NCBI GenBank assembly: GCA_035285865.1
Contig: JAYKHS010000014.1
Span: 32,001 to 96,000 of the forward strand
Reading direction: 5' to 3'
Source of the DNA: Candidatus Sericytochromatia bacterium
Lineage (GTDB): Bacteria > Cyanobacteriota > Sericytochromatia > S15B-MN24 > VGJW01
DNA length: 64,000 bases
Translations under genes and position numbers: made by a program
In this document: one piece after another, positions 45,736 through 55,345 of the stretch
Layout of the letters: each line of letters opens with the position of its first letter
How positions within the stretch are numbered: position 1 is the stretch's first letter
The notes under the pieces: generated by a model
What the model was told of the DNA's origin: nothing
Seen by the model: the letters and a program-made list of their open reading frames with translations, nothing else
Database searches by the model: none

Positions 45736-47721
45736 ATGGTCCGTTCTGCCTCGCCCGCGAGGCCATGGTACGCCCCCGCCCGCGCCGGTGGGCTCGTGGC
45801 CATGTTCGCGCTGTCGGCCTGCACCCGCGGGGTGCCGGGCACGGTGCCTGCCGCGTGGCCTGCTGCGGCGCGGGTCGCGCCCCTCGCGCAGGGTGAGCGG
45901 GAACTGGTCCTCGAGCTGGTCGCGTCCTTGCCGCAGGCCGAACCCGAGGCCGTGCGCGCGCTGGGCGGCACGGCTGCGGGCCGTGAGGTTCTGGTCCAGT
46001 TCGCGGACGGACGCCTGCACGACCTTCCCGGAGCCGTCCGGGTGGCTCCGAGCCTTGTGCCGGGGCTGGGGCGCTATCGCCTCTCCGCGGCTCTGGATGC
46101 CGCCACGATGCAACGGTGGGGAGCGTCCGCGCCGCTGGCCTATGCAGAGCCGGTGCATCGCCTTTCCATCACCGGAAGCCGTGTGCAGGCTGCCGCGCAG
46201 CGCGTCGGGCCCAACGATCCCGGTCTGAATACCGCCTGGGGCTATGCCCGGGTGGGCGGAGGCGAGCTCTGGGCGCGTGGCGTACGGCCACAGAGTCCGG
46301 TGATCGTCGCCGTGGTCGACACCGGCGTGGATGCCGCGCATGAGGATCTCAAGGGTGTGGTGCTGGCGGGGCGGAACCTGGTCCAGCCCGGGCAGGCGCC
46401 TTACGACAAGCATGGCCATGGCACGCACTGCGCCGGAGTCATTGCCGCGCTGGCCGACAACGGCAAGGGAATCGCCGGTGTGGCCGCGGGTGTCCGCATC
46501 ATGCCGATCAAGGCTCTCGGGGATGACGGGTCCGGCGAGGACCCGGTGCTGGTCGATGCAATCGAGGCCGCCGTCAGCGGCGGTGCCAAGGTCATCAGCA
46601 TGTCTCTGGGTACCGACCAGGACCTGATCTCGGTCCGTCGCGCGATTCAGTCGGCGGTTGCCAAGGGCGTGGTCATCGTGTCTTCGTCCGGCAACCAGGG
46701 AGCCGAGCAGGCGCTCTACCCGGCCCGCTACCCGGAAGTCATCGCCGTAGGCGCCACCGACCTCGACGACATGCGGGCCACCTTCTCGAACGACGATCGC
46801 AACGTCCGTCTCACGGCACCGGGTGTCGTCATCCGCTCCACGGTCCCCGGGGGGTACGACTACATGTCGGGTACCAGCATGGCGGCTCCACACGTCTCGG
46901 CGGCCTTTGCCTTCATGGCGAGCCTCCGTCCCGACATGAGTCCGTCCGCCGTGATGGACCTGCTGGTCAGGACAGGGGCTCGGGTTTCGGGGTTCTCGCA
47001 CAAGGCCGTGGGTCTGGATCTGCTGCGTGCGGCCCATGAAGCCGGCCTGCCCGTCGGCGCCCTGCCGACTCCGGATCCGAATGCTCCGACGCCCGGACCC
47101 GATCCGGATCCCGGACCCGATCTGCCTCCCGGCGATGATCCCGCGACGCCTCCACCCGGGTCCGGCGGTAGCGTGCCCATGCCCGACTGGGGTGACGTCG
47201 CCCTGCCCGGCTTCGGCGGGGGTGGTTCGGGCCCGGCACCCGGCCCCTCGGCCGCTCCGGTCCCGGGCGTGGGAGCCCCCGGCTTCGACTGGGTTCCGCT
47301 GCCGTCCTTCGGTGGCAACCCCACATCCGGCGCTTCCGATCGCCAGGCCACTGTGCCGGCGGCAGAGGCGCTCTCGGACCTCGACCGGGGCCGTGCGGCT
47401 CTGCTCGACGTCTTCGCCTCCCGCACGGATCTGGAGGCCTTCGATGCCGAAGCGGCGCGCCTCGCACGGGTCGGGGCGCTGGCACCGGGCTCCACTCAGA
47501 AGGCCGTCATCCGCGATCTGCAGAAGGCCCTCCGCCTGCAAGGGGCGGCCGTGCGCGAGTCCGGCAGTTTCGACGAGGCGACGGCAGCTGCAGTCGTCGC
47601 CTGGAAGCGGCAGCACGGGCTCCATGAGCCGTTCCGGGATGCCCGGGGCGAATGGGCCGTTCGGCCGAGCGTGGACCTGGACCTCTTCGGCCGCATCGTC
47701 CTGGCGTCCGTAGGCAATTAG
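45736..47721 (+). CDS. S8 subtilisin-like serine protease lipoprotein with Pro-rich linker and C-terminal peptidoglycan-binding-like domain
   Basis: Lipobox LSAC; VAVVDTG, HGHGTHCAG, SSGN, SGTSMAAPHV; C-terminal IRDLQKAL...GSFDEATAAAV. Confidence 0.9.
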   Translation: MVRSASPARPWYAPARAGGLVAMFALSACTRGVPGTVPAAWPAAARVAPLAQGERELVLELVASLPQAEPEAVRALGGTAAGREVLVQFADGRLHDLPGAVRVAPSLVPGLGRYRLSAALDAATMQRWGASAPLAYAEPVHRLSITGSRVQAAAQRVGPNDPGLNTAWGYARVGGGELWARGVRPQSPVIVAVVDTGVDAAHEDLKGVVLAGRNLVQPGQAPYDKHGHGTHCAGVIAALADNGKGIAGVAAGVRIMPIKALGDDGSGEDPVLVDAIEAAVSGGAKVISMSLGTDQDLISVRRAIQSAVAKGVVIVSSSGNQGAEQALYPARYPEVIAVGATDLDDMRATFSNDDRNVRLTAPGVVIRSTVPGGYDYMSGTSMAAPHVSAAFAFMASLRPDMSPSAVMDLLVRTGARVSGFSHKAVGLDLLRAAHEAGLPVGALPTPDPNAPTPGPDPDPGPDLPPGDDPATPPPGSGGSVPMPDWGDVALPGFGGGGSGPAPGPSAAPVPGVGAPGFDWVPLPSFGGNPTSGASDRQATVPAAEALSDLDRGRAALLDVFASRTDLEAFDAEAARLARVGALAPGSTQKAVIRDLQKALRLQGAAVRESGSFDEATAAAVVAWKRQHGLHEPFRDARGEWAVRPSVDLDLFGRIVLASVGN

Positions 47722-47730
47722 TCGGAGGCG

Positions 47731-48042
47731 ATGGTGGCGCCCCGTCGGCTCGACTTTCTTCTGGAGCTAGCCCCGGGCGGAGATGCGCGCGCCCCCGGCG
47801 GAGCCGTCACGTGCGCGCTCTGTGGCCACTGGGATCACCCGCCCCCTTGCCGCTGGCCCCATGAGACCCGGACGGAGGTCCGCGAGTCAGGTCTCGCGGT
47901 CACGGTCACGGTGACGTGCCCGGATGCCGAGTGGCCCGAGGTCGCGGAACGCGTCCGCTCCGCACTTGTCAGGGGCGAGCAGGCGGGTCCCGACGGCCGT
48001 ATGTCCTGCTGGGCCGTGGTTGCGGAGTCCTCGGAACAATAG
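47731..48042 (+). CDS. Hypothetical protein
   Basis: RBS ggagg; APGGAVT.ALCGHWDHPPPC..PH motif. Confidence 0.55.
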   Translation: MVAPRRLDFLLELAPGGDARAPGGAVTCALCGHWDHPPPCRWPHETRTEVRESGLAVTVTVTCPDAEWPEVAERVRSALVRGEQAGPDGRMSCWAVVAESSEQ

Positions 48043-48140
48043 ATCTGCAAGTGCCGCGTGCCCGAGATCAAGTGGCAACTCAGGGCGCTGTAGTCCAGCA
48101 ACCTTGGTCACGTCACCAGTGCCTTGATGATTGCATGGCT

Positions 48141-48641
48141 CTATCGTCGGTCCAGTTTCTCAAAGCGGTGGCGTTGCCAAGGCTTGAATTTCAAATGCTC
48201 TTCGTCCAGCCTTCTGTTCACTGAATTCAGTGCGTCATTGATGTAATTTTCAAGCTCAGAGAATTTTTTTTGCGAAATTATTTTCTGTGTTGGGGAAAGG
48301 TTGTCGAACTTCTTATAATAAGGATTCGCTAGCTCGTAAAATCTGATACCATACCAAGATCTTTTGAGCTTTACTGCGTTAAAGGTCTCAAAGGTGCTCG
48401 GATATTGAGCCAGGAGGTCTTCTACTTGTGGCTTCAGTTCGCTTATGGCGTTATCGAAGATTGTCTTGCTGCTTCTTGTTCTAGGTGAACGATTTGCTTG
48501 AGTTGCCACGGGCGGGTCTACAAAGGTTGTGGTCTTTGCTGCCTCGCACCCTTTCGGCCCTACATTCAAGGCGATTGCAAGCAACACGCACTTCGTGACA
48601 TCATTCCCAAGCGCGTTCTTCATGTAGTCAAGAATCCCCAC
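48141..48641 (-). CDS. Hypothetical low-GC orphan protein
   Basis: 166-aa ORF in a visibly AT-rich segment; Lys/Asn-rich, possible signal-like N-terminus. Confidence 0.55.
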   Translation of the reverse strand: MGILDYMKNALGNDVTKCVLLAIALNVGPKGCEAAKTTTFVDPPVATQANRSPRTRSSKTIFDNAISELKPQVEDLLAQYPSTFETFNAVKLKRSWYGIRFYELANPYYKKFDNLSPTQKIISQKKFSELENYINDALNSVNRRLDEEHLKFKPWQRHRFEKLDRR

Positions 48642-48851
48642 TTCAGTTCAAGGATAGGTCGAATTGCTGCATTTGAGCAATTTGATCATTCGATGATCAT
48701 GGAAGACCATTGGTGGGTCTGTGATGGCGAAAGGCAGGCCGGACTCGTCTCGAGGTACTTGATCGGTTGCTCACCTGCTCGGATCGATGGGCCGCGCGCC
48801 GTGTAGGATCATCCCCATCCCTCGACAGGAAGGCATGCCGGCTAGCCTCTG

Positions 48852-51800
48852 ATGCACCCCTACCTCGCCGCTCTGGAACAGCGCGTGCTCGTCTTCGACG
48901 GTGGCATGGGCACGATGTTGCAACCCTTGGAGCTGACGCCCGACGACTACCAGGGGTTGGCCGGCTGCCCCGAGATCCTCGTGGCAAGCCGTCCGGACGT
49001 CATCCGGCAGGTGCACCGCGCCTACCTCGAGGCCGGTGCGGATGTCGTGGAGACCAACACCTTCGGAGGCAACCGCCTGAAGCTGGCCGAGTGGGGACTC
49101 GGGGAACGGGTGCACGAGATCAACGTGGCCGCGGCCCGTCTTGCGCGCGAGATGGCCGATGCATTCGCGGCGCCGGACAGACCGCGCTTCGTGGCGGGTT
49201 CGATCGGTCCTACCGGCATGCTGCCCTCGTCCGGGGATCCGGTCCTGGGTGCGATAGGCTTCGAGGCGCTGGCCGACATCTTCCGGGAGCAGGCGCTGGC
49301 GCTGATGGACGGGGGATGCGATCTGTTGCTGGTCGAGACCGCTCAGGACATCCTCGAGGTTCGCGCGGCCATCGCGGGCATCCGCAGGGCCTTCGCCGCG
49401 GCGGGGCGTACCTTGCCGCTGCAGGTCCAGGTCACCCTCGACACGACGGGCCGGATGCTGCTGGGCACGGACATCGGTGCCGCCCTCGCGATCATCGGGG
49501 CCTTGCCCGTCGATGTGGTGGGCCTGAACTGTGCCACCGGGCCGGACGCGATGCGGGAGCCGGTGGCCCTGCTGGCCGAGCGCTCCACGCGGCCGGTCAG
49601 CATCCTGCCCAATGCCGGCCTGCCCCTCAATGTCGACGGCAAGGCCGTCTATCCGCTGGAACCCGAGCCGATGGCGCACATCCTCGCCGAGTACGTCTCG
49701 CGCTACGGTGTGCGAGTGGTCGGCGGCTGCTGCGGCACGACTCCGGCGCATATCCGGGCCTTGGTCGCGGCGGTGGCGCACTTGCCGCCGCAGCCGCGAC
49801 CGGGGTCCAGTCCGGCCCACGTGGCCAGCGCCATGCGCGCCGTGGCCCTTGATCAGGAGCCCGCCCCCCTGCTGGTCGGGGAGCGCCTGAACGCCCAGGG
49901 CAGCCGCAAGGTCAAGCAGTTGCTGCTGGACGGGGATGATGACGGGCTGGTGCAGGTCGCCCGACAGCAGGTGGCTGCGGGGGCTCATGTGCTGGACGTC
50001 TGCGTCGCCCTGACCGAGCGTGCGGACGAGGCCCAGACGATGGCGCGCGTGGTGGGTGCCTTGTCTCGAGGCGTCGAGGCGCCCCTGATGATCGATTCGA
50101 CCGAGCCCGCGGTCCTGCGGGAAGCGCTGCGTGCGTGCCCCGGTCGGGCCATCGTCAACTCGGTCCACCTCGAGAACGGCCGGACCCGGATCGACACTGT
50201 CCTGCCGGACGTGCTCGAGCATGGTGCCGCCGTCGTCGCCCTGACGATCGACGAGGAGGGCATGGCCCGCTCTGCGGATCGCAAGCTGGCCGTGGCGGCG
50301 CGCATCCATGACCTTTGCGTGGCCGGGCATGGCCTTGCCTCCGATGCCCTCATCGTGGATACGCTGACCTTCACGTTGGCGACGGGGGACCCCGAGTATG
50401 CCCGGTCCGCGCTCGAGACGATCGACGGCATTCGTCGGGTCAAGGAGGCCTTGCCGGGCGTCCGGACCATCCTCGGTGTCTCGAACGTGTCCTTCGGGCT
50501 GGGGGCAGAGGCCCGCAAGGTCGTCAACGCAGTCTTTCTGCATCATGCCGTGCGGGCCGGCCTGGACATGGCCATCGTCCATCCCGATCACGTGTTGCCG
50601 CTCCACGAGATGCCTGACGAGGCCCGGGAACTGGCCGAGGACCTCGTGCTGGCGCGCCGGGAAGATGCCCTGCCTCGTCTGATTGCCTGGTTCGATCGGG
50701 CGGAAGGTGTGCCCGTGGCCGGCAACGCGAGGGCCTCCGGGAGCGACGCGGGCACCGCCGAGGAGCGTATCCACCGGCAGATCGTCGAACGGCGACGCGA
50801 GGGCATCGAGACCCTGCTCGACGAGGTCCTCGCGCGTCGCAGCGCCGTGTCGGTCCTGAACGAGGTGCTGCTGCCCGCGATGAAGGAAGTGGGGGATCGC
50901 TTCGGTGCCGGCGAGCTGATCCTGCCGTTCGTCCTGCAGTCGGCCGAGGTCATGAAGCGTGCCGTGGCCCATGTGGAGCCGCATCTGGATCGCGTCGACG
51001 GGGTCACGAAGGGGACGGTGGTGCTGGCGACCGTCTTCGGGGATGTCCACGACATCGGCAAGAACCTCGTCCACGTGATTCTGGCCAACAACGGCTACAC
51101 GGTGCACGACCTGGGCAAGCAAGTGCCCGTGCAGACGATCCTGGATCGGGCCCGCGAGCTGGGAGCCGATGCGATCGGCCTCTCCGCCCTGCTGGTCTCG
51201 ACCTCGAAGCAGATGCCGATCTGCGTCGAGGAAGCCCACCGACAGGGCCTGCACCTGCCCATCCTGATCGGGGGCGCCGCCATCAATCCGTCCTTCGGTC
51301 GGCGGGTCGCCCTGCTGCCGGACGGGCAGCCCTATCCCGCGGGGGTCTACTATGCCCGGGATGCCTTCGAGGGCCTGTCGCTGCTGGATCGCCTGACGGA
51401 CCCCGAGCGCCGCGAGGCCTTGGTCGGCGAGGTCCGGGAGGCGGCGCTTGCCGCGGCGGAACGGCCAGAGCGTCCATCTGCGCCGGTCGTCCGGGTCGGC
51501 AGGTCCGCAGTGCCGGTCCAGGATGTGCTGCCGGAGCCGCCGTTCTGGGGAGCCCGCGCCTTGGACGACGTGCCCTTGGATGATCTCTTCGATCTGCTGG
51601 ATCGCGACAGCCTGTTCCGGCTTTCCTGGGGCGGTCGCGGCACCAAGGGCGAAGCATGGGATCGGTTGGTGGAGGACACGTTCGTGCCGCGGCTCCGGCG
51701 CTTCCGGGCAGAGTTGCGATCGGCGTCCTGGGTCCGTCCTCGTGCGGTTTTCGGCTTCTATGCCTGTGTGGCCGAAGGGGATGCCATCGTGGTCTATCCC

Positions 51801-52304
51801 GACCCCGAGGCTCGAGAGCCTGTGGGGCGGTTCCACTGCCCTCGCCAGTCCTCGGGAGAGCACCTCTCGCTGGCGGATTACGTGCGGCCCGTCGATGCTG
51901 GCGGACGGGACGTGCTGGCGTTGCAAGCCGTCACGGTGGGAGCCGAGGTGACGGAACACCTGGCCCGCCTGCAGGCGGGTGAGGCGTGGGCTGATGCCTA
52001 CATGGCCCACGGACTGGCCGTCGAGCTGGCGGAGGCACTTGCCGAGTGGACGCACCGCCGCGTCCGCAGCCTCTGGGGTCTGGCCGAGGGCCGGGGCAAG
52101 CGTTACAGCTGGGGGTATCCCGCCATTCCCGACCTGGACGACCATCGCACGCTGTTCCGGGTCTTGCCGGTTGCCGAGGCCATCGGGCTGTCGTTGACGG
52201 AAGCGTGCCAGTTGCTCCCGGAGCAATCGACCGTGGCCGTGGTGCTGCACCATCCCGAGGCCCGCTACTTCTCGGTGCGTCCCGCCGCGGGCGGTCCCGC
52301 GTGA
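48852..52304 (+). CDS. metH: Cobalamin-dependent methionine synthase
   Basis: DGGMGT, GLNC, GGCCGT, pterin domain GERLN, GDVHDIGKNLV, shortened activation domain RYSWGYPA. Confidence 0.96.
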   Translation: MHPYLAALEQRVLVFDGGMGTMLQPLELTPDDYQGLAGCPEILVASRPDVIRQVHRAYLEAGADVVETNTFGGNRLKLAEWGLGERVHEINVAAARLAREMADAFAAPDRPRFVAGSIGPTGMLPSSGDPVLGAIGFEALADIFREQALALMDGGCDLLLVETAQDILEVRAAIAGIRRAFAAAGRTLPLQVQVTLDTTGRMLLGTDIGAALAIIGALPVDVVGLNCATGPDAMREPVALLAERSTRPVSILPNAGLPLNVDGKAVYPLEPEPMAHILAEYVSRYGVRVVGGCCGTTPAHIRALVAAVAHLPPQPRPGSSPAHVASAMRAVALDQEPAPLLVGERLNAQGSRKVKQLLLDGDDDGLVQVARQQVAAGAHVLDVCVALTERADEAQTMARVVGALSRGVEAPLMIDSTEPAVLREALRACPGRAIVNSVHLENGRTRIDTVLPDVLEHGAAVVALTIDEEGMARSADRKLAVAARIHDLCVAGHGLASDALIVDTLTFTLATGDPEYARSALETIDGIRRVKEALPGVRTILGVSNVSFGLGAEARKVVNAVFLHHAVRAGLDMAIVHPDHVLPLHEMPDEARELAEDLVLARREDALPRLIAWFDRAEGVPVAGNARASGSDAGTAEERIHRQIVERRREGIETLLDEVLARRSAVSVLNEVLLPAMKEVGDRFGAGELILPFVLQSAEVMKRAVAHVEPHLDRVDGVTKGTVVLATVFGDVHDIGKNLVHVILANNGYTVHDLGKQVPVQTILDRARELGADAIGLSALLVSTSKQMPICVEEAHRQGLHLPILIGGAAINPSFGRRVALLPDGQPYPAGVYYARDAFEGLSLLDRLTDPERREALVGEVREAALAAAERPERPSAPVVRVGRSAVPVQDVLPEPPFWGARALDDVPLDDLFDLLDRDSLFRLSWGGRGTKGEAWDRLVEDTFVPRLRRFRAELRSASWVRPRAVFGFYACVAEGDAIVVYPDPEAREPVGRFHCPRQSSGEHLSLADYVRPVDAGGRDVLALQAVTVGAEVTEHLARLQAGEAWADAYMAHGLAVELAEALAEWTHRRVRSLWGLAEGRGKRYSWGYPAIPDLDDHRTLFRVLPVAEAIGLSLTEACQLLPEQSTVAVVLHHPEARYFSVRPAAGGPA

Positions 52305-54130
52305 GGAAGCCGCTGGCCGAGGTGCTCGCCTCGGGAGAGAGGCTGCTCTTCGACGGCGCGATGGGCACGATGCTCTACCAGAAGGGCGTCTTCATCAACC
52401 GCAGCTACGACGCGCTCTGCTTCGAGGAGCCCGATCTCGTGGCCTCGGTTCACGCGGAATACGTTCGTGCCGGGGCGCAGATTCTCGAGACCAATACCTT
52501 CGGCGCGACGCGGCCTCACCTGGCGGCCCACGGCCTCGGTGACGACGTGACGCGCCTGAACCGCGTCGCCGCAGGGCTCGCCCGCCGTGCGGCCGGTGAG
52601 GCTATCTGGGTGGCCGGTGCCATCGGACCCCTGGGCATCCGCCTTGAACCTTACGGTCCCACGGCCCTCGAGGAGGCGCGGGTCTGTTTCGGCGAGGCCG
52701 TGGACGGGCTGCTCGAGGGTGGCGTGGATGCCTTCGTGCTGGAGACCTTCTCGGACCTCGAGGAGATGCACCAGGCGATTCTCGCCGTGCGGATGCGGAC
52801 GACGCTGCCCATCATCGCCCAGATGACGCTGCAGGAAGACGGGCGTACCAGCTACGGGGCCACGCCGGAGGAGATCGCCCGCGCCCTGGACGGATGGGGT
52901 GCGGATGTCGTCGGCTTGAACTGCTCGGTGGGGCCTGCTCCCCTCCTGGAGGCCATCGAGCGGATGGCCGGGATCACGGCGAGACCCCTGTCCGTGCAAC
53001 CGAACGCCGGGATGCCCCGAGAGGTCGCCGGGCGCAAGATGTACCTGTCCAGCCCGGAGTACATGGCGCGGTACGCGCGTCGTCTGATGCAGGTTGGGGC
53101 GAGGCTCGTCGGAGGTTGCTGCGGGACGACCCCCGAACATGTGCGTCTGATGGCCGATGCCGTGCGGGCGCGGGGGCCGGGGCGCGTGCGTGTCGTGTCC
53201 CGCGAGCAGGCCGTCCCGGCGGTCGTCGCCCAGGAACCGCCCGTCCCGTTGGCCGCGCGTTCGCGCCTCGGGGCGCGTCTGGCGTCGGGGGAGTTCGTCT
53301 CGTCCGTCGAGTTGTTGCCGCCCCGGGGCGTGGACGTTGCCGACTGGCTGGAGCGGGTGCGGCACTTGCGCGACGCCGGCATCGACGCCCTGAACGTGCC
53401 GGACGGGCCCCGTGCCCAGAGCCGGATGAGCGCCCTCGCCGCGAGCGTCCTGCTGGCCCGCGAGGGGCTCGAGCCCGTCGTCCACTACACCTGCCGGGAC
53501 CGGAATCTGCTGGGCATGCAGTCGGATCTGCTCGGAGCCGCGGCCCTCGGCATCGGCAACCTGCTGCTCGTCACCGGGGATCCTCCCAAGATGGGGCCCT
53601 ATCCGCAGGCTACGGCGGTCTTCGACATCGATGCCATCGGTCTGGCCAACATGGTCCGGAACCTCAACCTCGGGCTGGACCTCGGAGGGCATCCGATGGG
53701 CAGCCGTACGGCTTTCTGCTATGGCGTCGGGGTCAATCCCGCGGCCCTCGACCTCGAGCACGAACTGCGGCGCTTCGCCTGGAAGGTCGAGGCGGGTGCC
53801 CAGTTCGCCATTACCCAGCCGGTCTTCGATGCGGCCCAGTTCGAGGCCTTTCTCGAGCGCGCCCGGCCTTTCGGCATCCCGATCGTGGCCGGCATCTGGC
53901 CTTTCGCCAGCCATCGCAATGCCGAGTTCATGGCCAATGAGGTCCCGGGCGTCTCCGTCCCTCGGGAGCTGTTGCGCCGCATGCAGCGCGCCGAAGCGGG
54001 CGGTGCGGCTGCCATCGAGGGCGTGGCGATCGCGCGCGAGATGCTGGCGCGATTCCGCGGGGCGATCCAGGGCGTGCAGATCAGCGCTCCGCTCGGGCGA
54101 GTGGACCTGGCGCTTGCCGTGCTAACCTAG
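52301..54130 (+). CDS. Bifunctional homocysteine S-methyltransferase / 5,10-methylene-THF reductase (YitJ-like)
   Basis: DGAMGT, GLNCSVGP, GGCCGTTP then VELLPP, TCRDRN, TGDPP, KVEAGA..ITQPVF. Confidence 0.92.
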   Translation: MRKPLAEVLASGERLLFDGAMGTMLYQKGVFINRSYDALCFEEPDLVASVHAEYVRAGAQILETNTFGATRPHLAAHGLGDDVTRLNRVAAGLARRAAGEAIWVAGAIGPLGIRLEPYGPTALEEARVCFGEAVDGLLEGGVDAFVLETFSDLEEMHQAILAVRMRTTLPIIAQMTLQEDGRTSYGATPEEIARALDGWGADVVGLNCSVGPAPLLEAIERMAGITARPLSVQPNAGMPREVAGRKMYLSSPEYMARYARRLMQVGARLVGGCCGTTPEHVRLMADAVRARGPGRVRVVSREQAVPAVVAQEPPVPLAARSRLGARLASGEFVSSVELLPPRGVDVADWLERVRHLRDAGIDALNVPDGPRAQSRMSALAASVLLAREGLEPVVHYTCRDRNLLGMQSDLLGAAALGIGNLLLVTGDPPKMGPYPQATAVFDIDAIGLANMVRNLNLGLDLGGHPMGSRTAFCYGVGVNPAALDLEHELRRFAWKVEAGAQFAITQPVFDAAQFEAFLERARPFGIPIVAGIWPFASHRNAEFMANEVPGVSVPRELLRRMQRAEAGGAAAIEGVAIAREMLARFRGAIQGVQISAPLGRVDLALAVLT

Positions 54131-54135
54131 GCATC

Positions 54136-55224
54136 ATGCGCCTTCTGGACCTCGTGCATGCCCTCGACGCGCAGGTCGGTCGACCCGCCACCTTGTCGAT
54201 CGTGGGCACGGCCAAGAATGTCGGCAAGACGACCACGCTCAACTGGCTGATCGAGCGCCTCGCGCCTGCGGGACCCCTCGGCCTGACTTCCGTCGGTCGG
54301 GACGGCGAGGATCTCGATGCCGTCACGGACCTTCCCAAGCCGCGCATCCGTCCTCCGGTCGGTACGCTGCTGGCGACGGCAGAAGCCTCGGCCCGCAGGG
54401 CCACGGCGCCGTTGGTGCGGATCGCGGAAACCGCGGTCCACACGGGTCTGGGGCCCGTGGGTATCTACCGTGTCGCCGGGCGGGGAGCCGTGGAGATCGC
54501 AGGACCCGTGACGGTCGAGGGCGCGGTCGCGGTGCGCGAGGCACTGCTGGGTGCGGGTGCCGTGCGGGTTCTCGTGGACGGGGCCATCGATCGGAGGGCT
54601 TCGGCCTCGCCCAAGCTGGCCGAGGGTGTCCTGCTCGCGACGGGACTGGCCATGGCGGCATCCGGCGGGGCGCGGCTCGCCCCGATGGCGGGCATGCGGG
54701 CGGATACGCTGGCTCGGCCCGAACCCGGTGCATTGGCATACCGCGAACGGACGATTGAGGATAGCATTTACGTTGTTGATTTGTTGACAATGAATCAAAG
54801 CGGTAATTTGATTGAAGTTCTTTATCCGTCTTGCATGAATGCTGACGGCAGCGTTGTCCCCTATCTCTCGGGTCAGGCGCTGGAAGATCCTGTGGCCTTC
54901 GCGGCGTGGCTGCCCGACGACCTGCAGGCCCTGCATCTGCCCGGAGCCCTCTCCGAAGGCCTCGCCCAGGCGTTGCTCGACCGCCGCTTGCCGACCGTGC
55001 CCATCGTGCTGCCAGACGCCACGCACGCCGTCTGTCGTCCCGCGACCCTCGCTCGCCTGCGCAGGCGCGGGCACGCCATCGAGGTTCGTGAGGCCATCCG
55101 CCTCCTGGCCGTCACGTGCAACCCCACGGCTCCGCACGTGCAGGCCCTGGATGCCGCGGACTTGCTGCGCGCGCTGCGCGAGGCCCTTCGGGTACCGGTC
55201 TTCGACCTCGTCGCACAACCGTGA
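54136..55224 (+). CDS. kamB: Lysine 5,6-aminomutase reactivase subunit KamB-like
   Basis: SIVGTAKNVGKTTTLN, GLTSVGRDGE, PKPRI, VDGAIDR; lies near kamDE. Confidence 0.65.
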   Translation: MRLLDLVHALDAQVGRPATLSIVGTAKNVGKTTTLNWLIERLAPAGPLGLTSVGRDGEDLDAVTDLPKPRIRPPVGTLLATAEASARRATAPLVRIAETAVHTGLGPVGIYRVAGRGAVEIAGPVTVEGAVAVREALLGAGAVRVLVDGAIDRRASASPKLAEGVLLATGLAMAASGGARLAPMAGMRADTLARPEPGALAYRERTIEDSIYVVDLLTMNQSGNLIEVLYPSCMNADGSVVPYLSGQALEDPVAFAAWLPDDLQALHLPGALSEGLAQALLDRRLPTVPIVLPDATHAVCRPATLARLRRRGHAIEVREAIRLLAVTCNPTAPHVQALDAADLLRALREALRVPVFDLVAQP

Positions 55225-55345
55225 ATCTGCCCGAGTCGGCCCTGAAACCTTTGCCATGCGTCAAATGCGCGTGAAACCCGTTACGCGCAGCGGATGATCG
55301 GTGCATGGTGATCGGGTATCCCTCTCATTACCGAGGCATCCCCCG

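Noticed and set aside
47065..47165. ccggat/ccggac short tandem repeats
   Set aside because: They encode the PDPDPG linker of the subtilase; not a CRISPR array or regulatory repeat
48640..48850. Cobalamin or SAM riboswitch upstream of metH
   Set aside because: I could not identify the conserved riboswitch motifs by eye; an Rfam/Infernal scan would be needed
48771..52253. 1160-aa minus-strand ORF (and similar long antisense ORFs at 13960-16245, 26219-28630 and 32288-34651)
   Set aside because: Shadow frames opposite well-supported genes, with no motifs; the exception is the ispF tail of 32288-34651
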